Shown here: positions 44,898 through 58,033 of the stretch, piece after piece
Position numbering within the stretch: position 1 is the first letter of the stretch
Layout of the letters: every line of letters starts with the position of its first letter
Origin: the human T2T-CHM13v2.0 reference genome, Homo sapiens
Assembly: GCF_009914755.1 (NCBI RefSeq)
Contig: NC_060931.1
Strand: one strand, 5' to 3'
DNA length: 64,000 nt
Notes under the pieces: generated by a model
Seen by the model: the letters and a program-made list of their open reading frames with translations, nothing else
Told to the model about the DNA's origin: nothing
The model's database searches: none
Translations under genes and position numbers: made by a program

Positions 44898-45395
44898 GTG
44901 ACAGTTTTTTAGCTGGCTCACTTCACTCCCTTTGAAGGCAGCAAGTGTAGAGCTGACATGGGTGGTGTGTCAAAGGTGCATAATCTGCCTAGGGGAGTCA
45001 GGCTGGAACAGTCAACCCATCTGAGATGGTTGTTTTTAAGAAGATATCAATGAATGCAAAGTGTTTTTGTTTTGTTTTGTGGGCTTTTTCATATATTCAA
45101 GCCAATTCTGTTTCTGGTCTCCTCTGTGTTTGGAGCCATGGTTGTTTTTGTTAGGAGTGGCCATTTAGCTCTGGACATAAATATCCATTTGTTGAGCTCA
45201 GTTTGGTGTCAGCCTTTCCTTTGCTTACTGATTAAATTTTTATTTGGTTAGGCCTTGGTGTAGTCCTGATGTGGTTGTCAGGTGGTCCCTGTATGTCAGC
45301 TCAATCTTTGTTCAGAGCGATTCTTTTAAAATCACCCCAAGCAAGGAATCTAAATGAAGTCCTGCTCAATCCAAATGTGTGAAACTAAGTAGATA

Positions 45396-45458
45396 GAGAA
45401 ATAGGTAGATACAGGTAGAGAGAAATAGTTAGATACAGGTAGAGATAAATAGGCAGAT
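45396..45458. repeat. Short minisatellite (agagaaataggtagatacaggtag-like unit, about 2.5 copies)
   Basis: Seen directly. Confidence 0.8.
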
Positions 45459-46152
45459 GGATGAAATTCAGCAACTGAAGGTGGTAAAATATGAGTATAC
45501 TTGTATATCTGATAAATAGAAAGTAAGGAAAAAAATTACTTGTCAGTTGTCTTTGTAACAAGTATTTTATTAAATTAGGTAGTTCCTCTAATTTTGTTAC
45601 TACTGTTTGTTTTCTTTGTTGACTGAAGATCTGTAATTGCCAAGTGCCTGTGGCTCAACCATAAGCATCCCAAGCACATATTAAAAAGTCTACCGATAAT
45701 ATCTCCCACACTAACAATGTATTTTAATGTCATTTATTAAGAGGTTAGTATTTACATATAAACTTACATACAAGTTCTTTCAGTGTTAAGAAAATCAGAG
45801 TAGGTAATTTACTAAATCTTTTGTTCTACTTTTATGTTGTCTAGGTGAGTTCATGTGTCTAGGGTAGTTATTTGTGTGAGTAGCCAGCTTTGAGTGAGGA
45901 GGGAAGGCTGACTAGATATCAGACATTATATAATATTTGGGGTTAACAAACTCTTTGGGAAATTATTTAAATCCATTTTTATTCTGTAGGTATTAGCTAC
46001 AGTGAATGAGTAATTTTTGTTCATTTGTTCTTTATTTTTACTTTTCTCTTGTTAGAAAGGGGAGTTGGACAAAATGGAAATTTTGGAATGAAGGCTGAAT
46101 CTGATTATCTTAGACATTGGAAAGTCTTTGAAGATAAGAAAGGGAAAGAATT

Positions 46153-46758
46153 ACACTGTTGGTTGGGGGTGTAAATTTGTTCAACCATTATGGAAAACAG
46201 TATGGCAATTCCTCAAAGATGTAAAAACCATTCGACCCAGCAATCCCAATACTGAGTATATACCCAAAGGAATAGAAATCCTTCATGCATCATTCTATCA
46301 TAAAGATGCATGCATGTGTATGTTCATTGCAGCACTGCTCACAATAGCGAAGACATGGAATCAACCTAAATGTCCATCAATGGTAGACTGGATAAAGAAA
46401 ATGTGGTTCATATTAACCATGGAATACTATGCAGCCATAAAAAAGAATGAGATCTTGTCTTTTGTGGGAACATGGATGGAGCTGGAGGCCATGATCCTTA
46501 GCAAACTAATGCAGGAACAGAAAACCAAATACTGCATGTTTTCCCTTATAAGTGGAAGCCAAATAATAACTTATGAACACAAAGAAGGAAACAACAGACA
46601 CTGAGGTCTACTCAATGGGGGAGGGTGGGAGGAGGGAGAGGGGAATAAAAAATGACCTGGGTGAAGAAATGATTTGTACAACAAAACCCTGTGGCATGAG
46701 CTTACCTATATAACAAATCTATACATATACCCCTTAACTTAAAATAAAAGTTAACAAA
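46153..46758 (+). mobile_element. 5'-truncated older L1PA (L1PA13-14/L1PREC2-like) with about 19-bp TSD
   Basis: ORF 46128..46604 carries ORF2 C-terminal motifs (VQPLWKTVWQFLK, AKTWNQPKCPSMVDWIKKMW). TSD ataagaaagggaaagaatt / ataagaaaggaaaggaatt at 46134-46152 and 46759-46777. Confidence 0.92.
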
Positions 46759-47037
46759 ATAAGAAAGGAAAGGAATTGGAGGATACTGAAAAAGGACTTT
46801 GCCTAAATTGGGCTATGATGCTGAAGTGGAAAAAAGAAAACTGTGTACATAATTTTGAATTCTTGGAGTTAAAATATCTGTACTTCTATGATGGCAATGC
46901 TCTATCAATTTTGGCTCATATTATTCTTTTATTCCCAGTTGTGTTTAGTGCCTACGGTTTCTGTCTTATGTTCCTTTCCCCTTTATGCCTCTCTATTGTC
47001 ACCTTCATCCTCGCTCACCTCCTTCACAATCTCTCTC

Positions 47038-47080
<43 letters not shown>

Positions 47081-47164
47081 AAGAAAAGGTGATGATGAAG
47101 AGAAATGGCTCTCTCTCTCTCTCTCACACACACACAGCAGAAAAGGTGATGATGAAGAGAAATG
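47038..47164. repeat. Tandemly duplicated compound microsatellite (CT)n(CA)n plus 28-bp unique tail
   Basis: (CT)n(CA)n-g(a/c)agaaaaggtgatgatgaagagaaatg occurs twice with different repeat counts. Confidence 0.93.
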
Positions 47165-50100
47165 AGGAGACAGATTTAGAACAAAGAGCTATTTTTTAAA
47201 ATGTAGTTCACTTCCTAGCAAAGTGCTGGGTAAAGCAATATTTATAGTTATCTTATGCTTTGTATAATTTTCACTTTTTCGTTCTTTCTCATTAAATTTG
47301 TTTTTTTTCTTGCAAACAGGCATATCTGTACTCTCTCCCTCATATATATCGATGGCTTCCTATATACATATAACCACAATAGATACGGTCTTCTCTTTTT
47401 ACCTTAAATTTTTTGCTTCCTTCTTCCTTTCTTCTCTTTTTTTACCATCCAATAGTCAAAACAATATGCATATCCAGATATCTTGACAGGAGGCTTTTTT
47501 TTTCTAACCTAGGCAAATAATTATTCTTTGGTTGTTACATAAATCACTTCAATTAAGAGATTGCCCTTGACCTATGTGAAATATTTTCAAATGATCATAT
47601 TTCTAATAGTTTGGGGAGGGGCTAAGGAGGATATTGCAGAGGCCAGCCAAAAACTTGGGACCATAGCTACAGAGTCAGCTAGTAAGCTAATGGATAAGAT
47701 TGACTTAAAAAGAGCGTGAGAAAAACTGGTCTACATTGACCTATAGTACTGGATCAGGAGTCCAGTTTTTTCTTTCTTTTTTGTTTTTGGAAATCACATT
47801 GTATATAATAGCTAATGGCTCATAAATATTTAATATATTTGAAGTTAATATCAGTCCTTAAAATTTCTAGTGAAGTTGGAAAAGTTATTGTTGGTTTTAC
47901 CTGTGATTGTTTTTGCTTTTTGAGAAGAAACTTCATAGTAATAAATTATGACTCTTTCAGAGCTATAAATTGAAACATTTTATAGATTAAAAATTTGCTA
48001 AAGGGCTTTTTATCCACATAAAATTTATGAGTATATTAATAGTCTACTGAAAAATTGCTGAGAAGACAAATTCATAATTATAAATGACTTAATTTAATAA
48101 AAATGTTGATTCAAGTAATTATTTACTTAAAGCTTAAGTTTGCCGAAGAGCTTCTAGCCAATTTTTTATTAACGTCACATAATAAAGTAATTGTGGTACT
48201 TTTAATTACGTTCTCAGAGTAGCTACGTTATACTAATATGATTTTTCTTTCTTCTAGGCTTTTGAAAAAAAACTGGCTTACCTAAGCTCTTCATTCAGGA
48301 TGTCAGAGTGTGAGGCATTTAGAAATACAAGATATTTGTCTATTAATGCTCAAGTTAGAAACAGTTAGTTACGTTTTCAAGGTACTGGAGAAGTACAGGG
48401 GAGGGGAATTAAGATATATCTCTTCAGTACTAAATAATTTCTGGATGATACATTTCTCAAAGAATAAGATTTACCTCTTGATTGAGAATTCTCTGGTGAG
48501 AACCAGGACAGCTAATGACTTGGAAATATAATCATTAGATTGAAAATAGGGAGTTAGTAAAAAATATTTTTAAACCATTAAATATCACATGTTCATATGA
48601 CCTTAATGGATGTTTCCAATAATTTAAATTTACAGAGTATTACCGAAAATTCTTTCCTTTGACATGATGAGATTTGTATTCAAGCTTTAAAGAATAATGA
48701 AATATATCCATTCTCTAACTATATTTCCATCCTTAGAAACTCATAAAACACACCACGGTGAAAACCTAACTAGATTCGACCCAGGAAACTAATCTTCCTA
48801 AACCTCCTAAGTTTTCTCCAAATCACCATCAAAGAGTAAAGTTACAATGTGCCTTATGAAAAGTGGTGATTTTAAAAGCCCTTGAGATTAAGAAATCTTT
48901 GTTTAAACAAAAATGCATAAAGAAAGTAAATATGAAAACCAGAATAATATTGAGCTGTCCTCCTTAGATCTGGCCCTCCCGCTCTGAATTTTTCTCTCTC
49001 CACACATGTAAGGAACTCTAAAGGAGCATGTGGAACAAAGTTTGTGTAAAACACTGGCCTACAGGACTGTTAAGAAATTATGTAGAAATTTTGCCATTAT
49101 AAAAGGCATTATTAATTTTCCTCTTAGAAAAGAATCCATGAACAACAGCCCTCTCGGATTTTCCTCTCCCCTCTTCTCTCACTGCTCACCTTTGTCATTT
49201 ATACGAGCATAATGTAAAGTAAAACAAATGGCACCCTAGGTAAATCAGTTTTCTTATTTATGCTTTGTTAATATTTCTAAAATTCTCTTAGAACATAAAA
49301 CAATTCATACCGCACAAGAATATTGCAAAGGCTAGATAAATTAATATTTGAGTGAATGCTTTTACAGTCATTTTAATAAAAGAGTATTATTTTTGTGATT
49401 ATAATTGCATAGTTGGGCCAGAACCCAGGCTTCTACCTCTTGATTTACTGCACTTTCTCCTAGAGCAGGCTGCTGAGAATTCCACCAGCTTATTTAACAG
49501 TGTCCATGGAATATGTGAAAAGACTAAATCCAGTTCTGGGAGCAAATACAGCAATGTCTGGAAGCACTGACACAATCACCATCTTGAGAATTGGAAACAA
49601 ATGGCAGCATTCTTTTCTATTTACTTATGTTCTTGTATATTCCATCATTTCCAGGAAGCCTTATAACCCAAGGATTCTCATATGGCTTTATTTTTGTTAG
49701 TTATGTTGTAATGCCATGCCAGAGTTTTAAATTTAAATTCTGTAGCCAACCACCAAATTTGAAAAAAAGCTATTTTAAAAACACCATTTGGGCTTCTCCA
49801 ACACTGCAGAGGCAGCTTGACAGCAGTTAGTCGTGCTCACCTTTCCTTTTTTCCTTTGTTCTCCTCAGAGAGCTGCATTGGACTGACACTTCTGACTCAC
49901 TTTCCTGGAACTGTTTGAAAGGCATCACATAAAATTTCAAGGAAAGCGTTTAAACTTGTAGAAAACTAAAATGAGTTTAAATATAGTTCTTAAACATTGC
50001 TCTTAATAGTTGAAGAATTAATGGTATATATATGTGATAGAATGCCACTCAGAAATTAAATAGGATGTTAGAGTTTAGAACGTATCAACTAGAAAAGATA

Positions 50101-50264
50101 ATCAAGAAGAACTTCCAATTGAAAAACAGTTTTTTTAACATTATGTATGCATGCATGTATCTATCTACCTATCTGCCTATCGATCTGTCATCTATTTATC
50201 TATCTAATTTATTTCAGTCTCAAATAACAAAAAATAATATCCCAGCAGGTAGGATAATTTTTTA

Positions 50265-50405
50265 ATTTTCTTTTTTCTTGGAATTTTTATTTCTTTGCCT
50301 CTTCCTGCTTTCTTCCCCCTTCCTTTCTTCTTGTCTTTTTTCCTTCCTTCTTCCCCTTCCTTCCTTTTTTCCTTTATTCCTTCCATTTTTCTCTTTCTTC
50401 TTTTA
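50265..50405. repeat. Pyrimidine-rich low-complexity tract
   Basis: cttcc/ttttc-rich stretch seen directly. Confidence 0.8.
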
Positions 50406-51266
50406 TGATGACCTTTACCACTATACATTTTCTGCAATGAATTGATGTCCCATGTATAGTAAAGCAGTATAACATTTAAATAGAAAAATAATATTTTAAA
50501 CTTGTTCATAAGGCAACATCAGTGAAATATGGATTAACCAGACTGCTCTTACATAGCCATTGATTGTTTGCTAGTCTCATTGGCCTTTATATTTCTTCTT
50601 CATTTATGAAAGAGATGGTGCTTCAGAGATTAATCAGTATTAACAGCTGTATGACGGGTTATTTACTTGCCTGACACTTTTACTAATTCTTAGGCCTGAT
50701 AATAGCTTTTCTCCCTTATGACACAGAACAATTTCTAAATGATTGACACTAAATGTTATTACAGTATTAGTGGACTCAGAATTAATTTTAATCAAATGTC
50801 AAAGCAAGGGCTTTAAGTAGGAATCGAGAACAATGCTTAAATATTGAACCATATTTTTTGTAATATAACAAACTAGTAACTTAAATTTTATTGTATTTTG
50901 ATTATTGTGTTCAGTTATATTTTCCACAGAGCAAGAGATAAATTAAGCTCATTGCATTTCAAAAAGTAGTTCACAAGATTGCTAACTATAAATGTTTAAG
51001 GACATCAAATAACTGCAAATATAAAATGAATGGATAATTTCAGAAAGTTTCTAACACTACCCTTCCTGTCCCTCCCCTCCTTCTCTGTTGTTTTATAATA
51101 ATCATCAGAACAGGATTTGTCTATGCTTAAGAAGTATATTTCTACAATTTTAAGTTTATTTTCACTTTTGACATGTGTATTAAAACTCAGGCACATATTT
51201 TTCATGCTTATTATGTTATAAATATACACTTCTCTTACAAGTTAATTTTTTAATGGAAATACAATA

Positions 51267-51563
51267 TTTATTTGATTTGTGAGAGACGAAGTCTCGCTCT
51301 TGTCCCCCAGGCTGGTGTGCAATGGTGTGATCACTGCTCACTGCAACCTCTGCCTCCCAGGTTAAAGTGATTCTCCTGCCTCAGCCTCCCGAGTAGCTGG
51401 GATTACAGGTACCTGCCACCACGCCTGGCTAATTTTTGTATTTTTAGTAGAGACGGGGTTTCGCCATGTTGGCCAGGCTGGTATAGATTTCTGGACCTCA
51501 TGATCCGCTGGCCTCGGCCTCCTAAAGTGCTGGGATTACAGCCATGAGCCACCGTGCCAGGCC
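51267..51563 (-). mobile_element. AluS (Sg-like)
   Basis: Full Alu dimer (gtctcgctcttgtcccccaggctgg...gagccaccgtgccaggcc); tail decayed; no clear TSD. Confidence 0.93.
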
Positions 51564-52112
51564 TGTCATATTATTTTCTTTAGATTTTACAGAAGGTACA
51601 TATAACTTTTTTTTTAAATACAGAAGTCAGAGTTTTCTGTCTTCTGTAAAAAAATCATTATACTATAATCAATGGATTTAGTAAGAAACAACAGAACAAC
51701 ACAATTTCACCTTGTATAGCTAATAATAGATAGTGCTATTTGTAAAAAGTAAGTCACTATAGGAAAGCCTGGAGTCTCCTAGAATCCTAAAAATATTTAA
51801 AGGAAATAACAAAGGCTTCTCTTTATTTTAATGTTTTTTTATCTAAAACTCTTTATTTCCTATATTTAGCTTATAGCACAGTAAGGGAAATTTAAATATA
51901 TTTTTAGTATTTAAAAGGAAGTACAAATGTTAAATATCAATTTATTGTATTTAAATAATTTCTATGTGGAAATCAAGTGAGTAATGAAATGTAATATTAA
52001 AGTTTCAGCATTCAATTTTAATCTTTAGTTCTTTCATCAGACTATAGGAACACAACAGGCAACATATGCAATGTTTCCAAATTTAGAAAAAGCAAATTTG
52101 CTTAAGCAACAA

Positions 52113-52249
52113 TTTTAAGATTGTTTACTTTAGATAATCAAATTTTAATCAGAAAAATTCCAACTCAAACTTAAGTAAACTCAGTATTTTTAAGATTATT
52201 TACTTTAGATAATCAAATTTTAATCAGAAAAAATCCAACTCAAACTTAA
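52113..52249. repeat. 62-bp direct duplication with 13-bp spacer
   Basis: ttttaagatt(g/a)tttactttagataatc...caactcaaacttaa at 52113-52174 and 52188-52249, 2 mismatches. Confidence 0.95.
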
Positions 52250-54244
52250 TGCCCTATGAAGTCCTTACAAAAAAAAATGAATTTTTATGTAAAATATTTT
52301 TTCTTAAAATGAGCTTTTAATTAGGTTAAAATAAGTTTGTTTTCTGCAGATATGTTTCTATAGTACTATAACTTTGGGTTATTTTAATGTTAACTAGACT
52401 AAAGATTTGAATTATTTGCTTTAAGTTCTGTGCAAATATGACAAATCGCACTTTAGGATGTTACGATAATGCCAATAAAGTAGACGAAAGGGTTGTTTAA
52501 ATCCTGCAAGTGAGTTAAAAGCTAAGGAGAAGTCAAACTATACCAAAGCCTAATATGTCCAAGTTGTGGTGTGCTGGACTCATTTCATTGAACTCAGTTG
52601 CACTATTCAGAATGGTAACACCAAGAAGAGTAGCCCATGCCTGCTGTTTAGGGACTGAAAATTGTTACTTTCCTTTTTAAAAACAATTTCTATGACTCTC
52701 AAAATACATTACTGACAGTTCCTTCTTCTGGTTGAGAAACATAGAGCTTGACAATTAAATATTTCACTTACTTTTAGTAAGTTCATTTACATGGCATAAA
52801 AAGATTAGGTGTAAATAAAACAAAAAGACAGAATCAAGCTCTGCCTAATCATACACAAGTTAAGTGCACACAAATTAAAATATCTGAAATACAAAGTGAA
52901 TAACTCAATGCTATCAACTTCCCAACTTGCTTTCAAAGTACCTTGATTCACTTTTAAATCAATTATTGTAATTATAAATATGTTATCTTGTCTTTCTTGT
53001 TTTAGAGCTGAATTGCAACATATTATTTCCATGTGATCCTTAGTGCTTAGCACACTTGCACAAATAGGGAAATTTCAATACAGGCTTATTTAGTTAAGGT
53101 GATTAATGGCATATTCAGTCAAGAGCTTTTTAAAATGAATTTTGAGTGGTACAACTCCAGTGGAGTACTGGCTGAATTTCAGTGGGCTGTGTTGGTTGTT
53201 TGCAATGACACAGAGAGACACATACAGAGAGAGAGAGAAACAGAGAAGGAGACAGACACAGAGAAAGAGGGAGAAAGAATATGTGCAGGATTTCCTTTGT
53301 TTTTTCTATATCAATTTTAAGATTCTCCAGGCAAATAAGAACTTTGTTCATAAACTTAAAAAAAAGAGCAAATTTATTTTTATTACTTTGTATTTAATGA
53401 CTTGCTGAGTATTGCATAGTAATTATTGAGAAATATTGTGCTTTTTCTAATAGAACTTGAGCAATCACGGGTTAGAGTTTGTGTATATTTTCTATGCGTT
53501 GAAACAATATTAAATTATACCTGATAATATTTTTAAGCCTTGCCTTGAGAGCCATCTGCAACACCTGAATGACAGGCCTCGGCTTTACACTCTCTAAATT
53601 CTATTGCATGAGACTATGTTAAAGCTGACATGTTTTTTAGGAAATAACTTTTTTTCTCTGGAGAATAGGTGTCAAGTATGTCATCTATGGCTGGCTAATT
53701 TACCACTTCACTGATCTTATTAGCTAAGTTAATTAACATTTTTAAGCGTATCCTTCATAGTACTGGTAATCATTAGAAATGATTTTTTAAAGGTATACAC
53801 AAACTCAAGACTTACCAATAACAAAATACACAGACTGAGACATAAGTTTTCAAATCAGAGCCTTTAAATTAATTTGAGATGAACTTGAATATTTTCAAAA
53901 ACATTGCATTATAGTTATCCCTTCATAGACATTAAGGTAAGTAAGCTAAATTGATACTCCAGGGTACAGAAAAAAATCAGGGCACACTTAATCAGAGAAC
54001 AAACTTTGTGAAGAAATTACCTAACCCAAAATGCTTCCTCAGATCTAGAAAATAAAAGCTTGAGATTTAGGAGAATACTGGTGGGGGATGGGGGGAGGAA
54101 AGAGGAGAACATTAAACTACTGTAGGTAAGAAAATATCAGGAAAGGAGTGTAGGACCTACAATAAGGACAAAGGAACAGAAAGTTATTGAGAAAACAAGA
54201 CAAGGTTTGATCTTTCAAAGGAAAGAAATGAAATACTGCAGGCA

Positions 54245-54395
54245 GTTTACTTGGCTTTGCTCACTCTCACTTTATTCTTCTAAAACTGGAATAATATCTA
54301 ATTTCCAAGAAATGTTTTGAATATTAACAGAAATGTTCATAAAGCATCTATAATATTACTCCACACACAGTAACTGTTGACTGTATCTAGCTCAC
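54245..54395 (+). mobile_element. MIR fragment
   Basis: ctcactttattcttctaaaactggaataatatcta...taaagcat...cacacagtaa resembles the MIR core and tail. Confidence 0.45.
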
Positions 54396-54902
54396 AAAAG
54401 CGCATATTAGTAATAATGAGACAAGCCTTGTGTTTGCAACATTTGTAATCAAAATGACAACAAAATTATATTTCATAAAAACAGAATCTTGAAAATTTTC
54501 TACTTTAGTTGATCCAAAACTCAATGAAAGCCTAAATTCCTTTTACATTATTAAGAATTAATAATCTTAAGATAAAGAAATTTTAAAACTGGAGATGTCT
54601 ACACAGGGATTTTACACATTAAGCACTTTTCCAGGTTGTAATATCAATCCTCTCCAATGTCTTAAATACTTCATACAAATCTATCTACTATGTATGGATT
54701 TTGGCTGGTATGTTTTTAATTTTTTTTTATTTTTTATTTTTTTGAGATTGAAAGAATTCAACATGCAGTGACATAGTAGAAAAATAAGGCAGTAGAGTTG
54801 AAATGGTAAGACGATCTATGGGCAGACTTCTTATCTGTGAAAGAAAGAACAAATTACCTTAAAAATATACTACTGATATTACTTATGTAAGTGATTACTC
54901 CT

Positions 54903-55482
54903 TGTGATGGTTAATATTAAGTGTTAACTTGCTTGGATTGAAGGATGCAAAGTATTGTTTCTGGGTGTATCTGGATGTTTCTGGGTGTTGCCAGAAGAGA
55001 TTAACATTTGAGTCCATGGACTGGAAGAGGAACACCCACCATCAGGAAGGCCAACCCACAATATGGGTGGGCAGCATTCAATAGGCTGCTAGCTTGGCTA
55101 GACAAAGCAGGCAGAAGAAGGTGAAATGAGCTGACTTGCTGAGTCTCCCGGCTTTCATCTTTCTCTGGTGGCAGAGGCTTCCTGCCCTAGAAAATCAGAC
55201 TCCAAGTTCTTCAGATTTTTGACTCTTGGACTTACATCAGTGATTTGCCAGGGGCTCTCAGGCCTTCGGCCACAGACTGAAGGCTGCACTGTTGGTTTTC
55301 TAACTTTTGAGGTTGTGGGACTGAGCTACTACTACTGGCTTCCTTGCTCCTCAACTTACAGATGGCCAATTGTGGGACTTCACCTCATGATCATGTGAGT
55401 CAATTCTCCTTAATAAACTCCCTTTCATATATATATATACCTCCTATTAGCTCTGTTCCTCTAGAAAACCTTGACTAATACA
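54903..55482 (+). mobile_element. MLT2A-family (ERVL) solo LTR
   Basis: tgtgatggttaatattaagtg...ggattgaaggatgcaaagtattg...ttctccttaataaactccc...gactaataca. Flanks ctcct/atcct fit a 5-bp TSD with one mismatch. Confidence 0.92.
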
Positions 55483-56250
55483 ATCCTCTTCTTGGCCCTA
55501 TCAATAATTCTCAGAATTTTCACCTGGATGTACCTTGATGCAAATGGTTTACACATCTATCCTTGGCCTTCACCTTTTACGGTCTTCAGACACATCTCAG
55601 TTCTTTTGCTTTAATAGTCCTCTGAAGCCTGGATAATCTTGCCCAGGCCCTCTTTAAAGGACCACCAAAATAGATATCTGAATTTTGCAATTTTAGATTC
55701 TAATCTTCCTAACTCACCTTCTTCTCTTCTCTTTCTTTACAGTTGATTATCTTTCCCTCTCCTGTCCCATCCTACTAGCTCCTGCCCAAATAGAAACCAA
55801 GACTTTACTTTCTGTTTATACTCTCACTTATACAATCTAAAACATGGATTTGATATTTTCTGATTTCCAATTCTGGCATGATTCATGATTAATAATCAAA
55901 TCTTTCTCCCTCTGGACAAGAATGAAAATTATTTGGGTAAGACTACTGTCTTGACTAAATCCTGAGACTTCCACCCAATCATACAGTATCCATATATATA
56001 CAGCTCATATATATCTATCTTGCTGAGATTTGGACAGTTGTTTAAATGTAATTGCATCTATCTGCAAGTATTTACTTCTCAATTTATAATTCTCTGCATT
56101 ATGAGGAGTCTAGATAAGCTCTATTGGGAACTTCACTCAGTAGGCCTATTTTAGGAGTCACATCTCTGAAACAAAACCTAGGACAAGGAATCTTATCTGA
56201 ATTCCAAAATGGAATTCCAAAATAGGAAACCAAAAATGGAGAAATGTGTA

Positions 56251-56720
56251 GAGTAGTCCCCCTTCATCCCCAGAGATACGTTCCAGGACTCCAAGTGGAT
56301 GCCTGAAATCACAGATAGTACTGAACACTGTATATACCATCATTTTTATTCTATATATACAGCTACCTACAAGAAAGCTTAATTTAATAAATTAGACACA
56401 GTAAGAGATTAATAACAAAAACTAACACTAAAAATAGAACAGTTAATATACTAAATAAGAGTTACATGAATGCATGCATGCTCTCTCTCTCTGACTCTCA
56501 GAATATCTAATTGTACTGCATGCACCCTCCTTCTTGTGATCTGTTGATCTGATAATCGAGACGGCTACTGAGTAACTAGTGTGGGGGTATCATATTCAGC
56601 ATGGATATACTAGACAATGGAATGATTCATATCCCAGGTGGGATGGTGCAGGATGGCACAATATTTTACCATGTTCCTCAGAAGTATGAAATTTAAAATG
56701 TGTGAGTTGTTTGTTTCTGA
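56251..56720. mobile_element. MER44 (Tigger-derived) DNA transposon, truncated by the adjacent L1
   Basis: agtagtcccccttcatcc...gatacgttcc...gtggatgcctgaaa...cacagtaagagattaa...gatctgataatcgagacggctact. Confidence 0.85.
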
Positions 56721-58033
56721 GTACCATGCAGTCTTGATTACTGTAACTTTATAGTAAGTCTTGAAGTCCAATAGTGTCAGTTCTCAAACTTTGTTCTTCT
56801 TTAATATTGAGTTGGCTATTCGGGGTCTTTTGCCTCTCTATATAAACTTTAAGTATCAGTTTTTTCAATTCCACACACAAAAAATAAACTTACTGGGATT
56901 TCTATTGGGATTTCATTGAATCTGTACATCAAGTTGGGAAAAATTGACATCTAGACAATATTGAAGCATCCTATTTATTAGTGTGGAATATCTCTGCATT
57001 TACTTAGTTCTTCTTTGGTTTCTTTTATCAAAGTTTTATAGTTTTTTTCATATGGATCTTGTACATAATTTTGTTAGATTTATCCATAAGTATTTTATTA
57101 TGGGGGAGTGCTAATATAAATGATATTTTTTATTTTCAAATTCTATTAGTTCATTGTTCATGTATAAGAAAACTATTGGTTTTTGTATATCAACTTTGTA
57201 TCCTACAACCTTGCTATCATTGTTAATTAGTTCCAGGATTTTTTTGTCAGTTCTTTTGGATTAACTACATAGATTATCATGTCCTCTGCAAATAAATACT
57301 GGTTATTTCTTCTTTCCCAATTTGTGTATCTTTTATTTTATTTTAAAATTGTTGTTGTTTTATTGTATTAGACATTTCCAGTATGATACTGAGAAGGTGA
57401 CAGTAGCATCCTTGCCTTGTTTCTGATCTTAGTGGGAACTCTTGAGTTTCTTACCATTAGTATACCAGCTAGGTATACTAGCTGTAGGCTTTTTGTAGAT
57501 ATTCTTTATCAAGTTCAGGACATTTCCCCTTATTCCTAGTTTACTAAAAGTTTTTTTTTTTTAATCATGAATGGACGTTGGATTTTGTCAAATACTTTTT
57601 CTACATGTATTGAACTCATCATTATTTATCTTCCTAAGCCTGTTGACATGATGAATTATCTTAGTTGATTTTAAACATTGAACCAGTCCTGCATATCTGG
57701 GATAAATCTCACTTGGTTGTGGTGCATAATTATTTTTATACTTGTTGGATTTAATTTTTTAATATTTTGTGGGGGATTTTACATCTATATTCATGAGAGA
57801 TATTAATCTGTACTTTTCTTGCAATATCTTCATCTGGTTTTGGTATTAGAGTCATGCTGGCCTCACAGAATGAATTAGAAAGTATTACCTTTGCTTCTAT
57901 CTTTTAGAAGAGATTGTATAGAACCAGTACAATTTCTTCCTTAAAAGTTCACTTTTAGAATTCACCAGTGAACCCTTCTGTGCCTGGTGCTTTCTCTTTT
58001 GGAAGGTTATTAATTATTGATTCAATTTCTTTA
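56721..58033 (-). mobile_element. Old L1M ORF2 fragment
   Basis: gtcttgattactgtaactttatagtaagtcttgaagtc, catccttgccttgtttctgatcttagtggg, tagaattcaccagtgaaccc. Confidence 0.85.

Noticed and set aside
54920-54945. DUX4 site in the MLT2A LTR (embryonic genome activation promoter)
   Set aside because: The copy reads tgcttggattga where I recall tgattggattga in the consensus, so the motif looks damaged. There is no evidence of activity.
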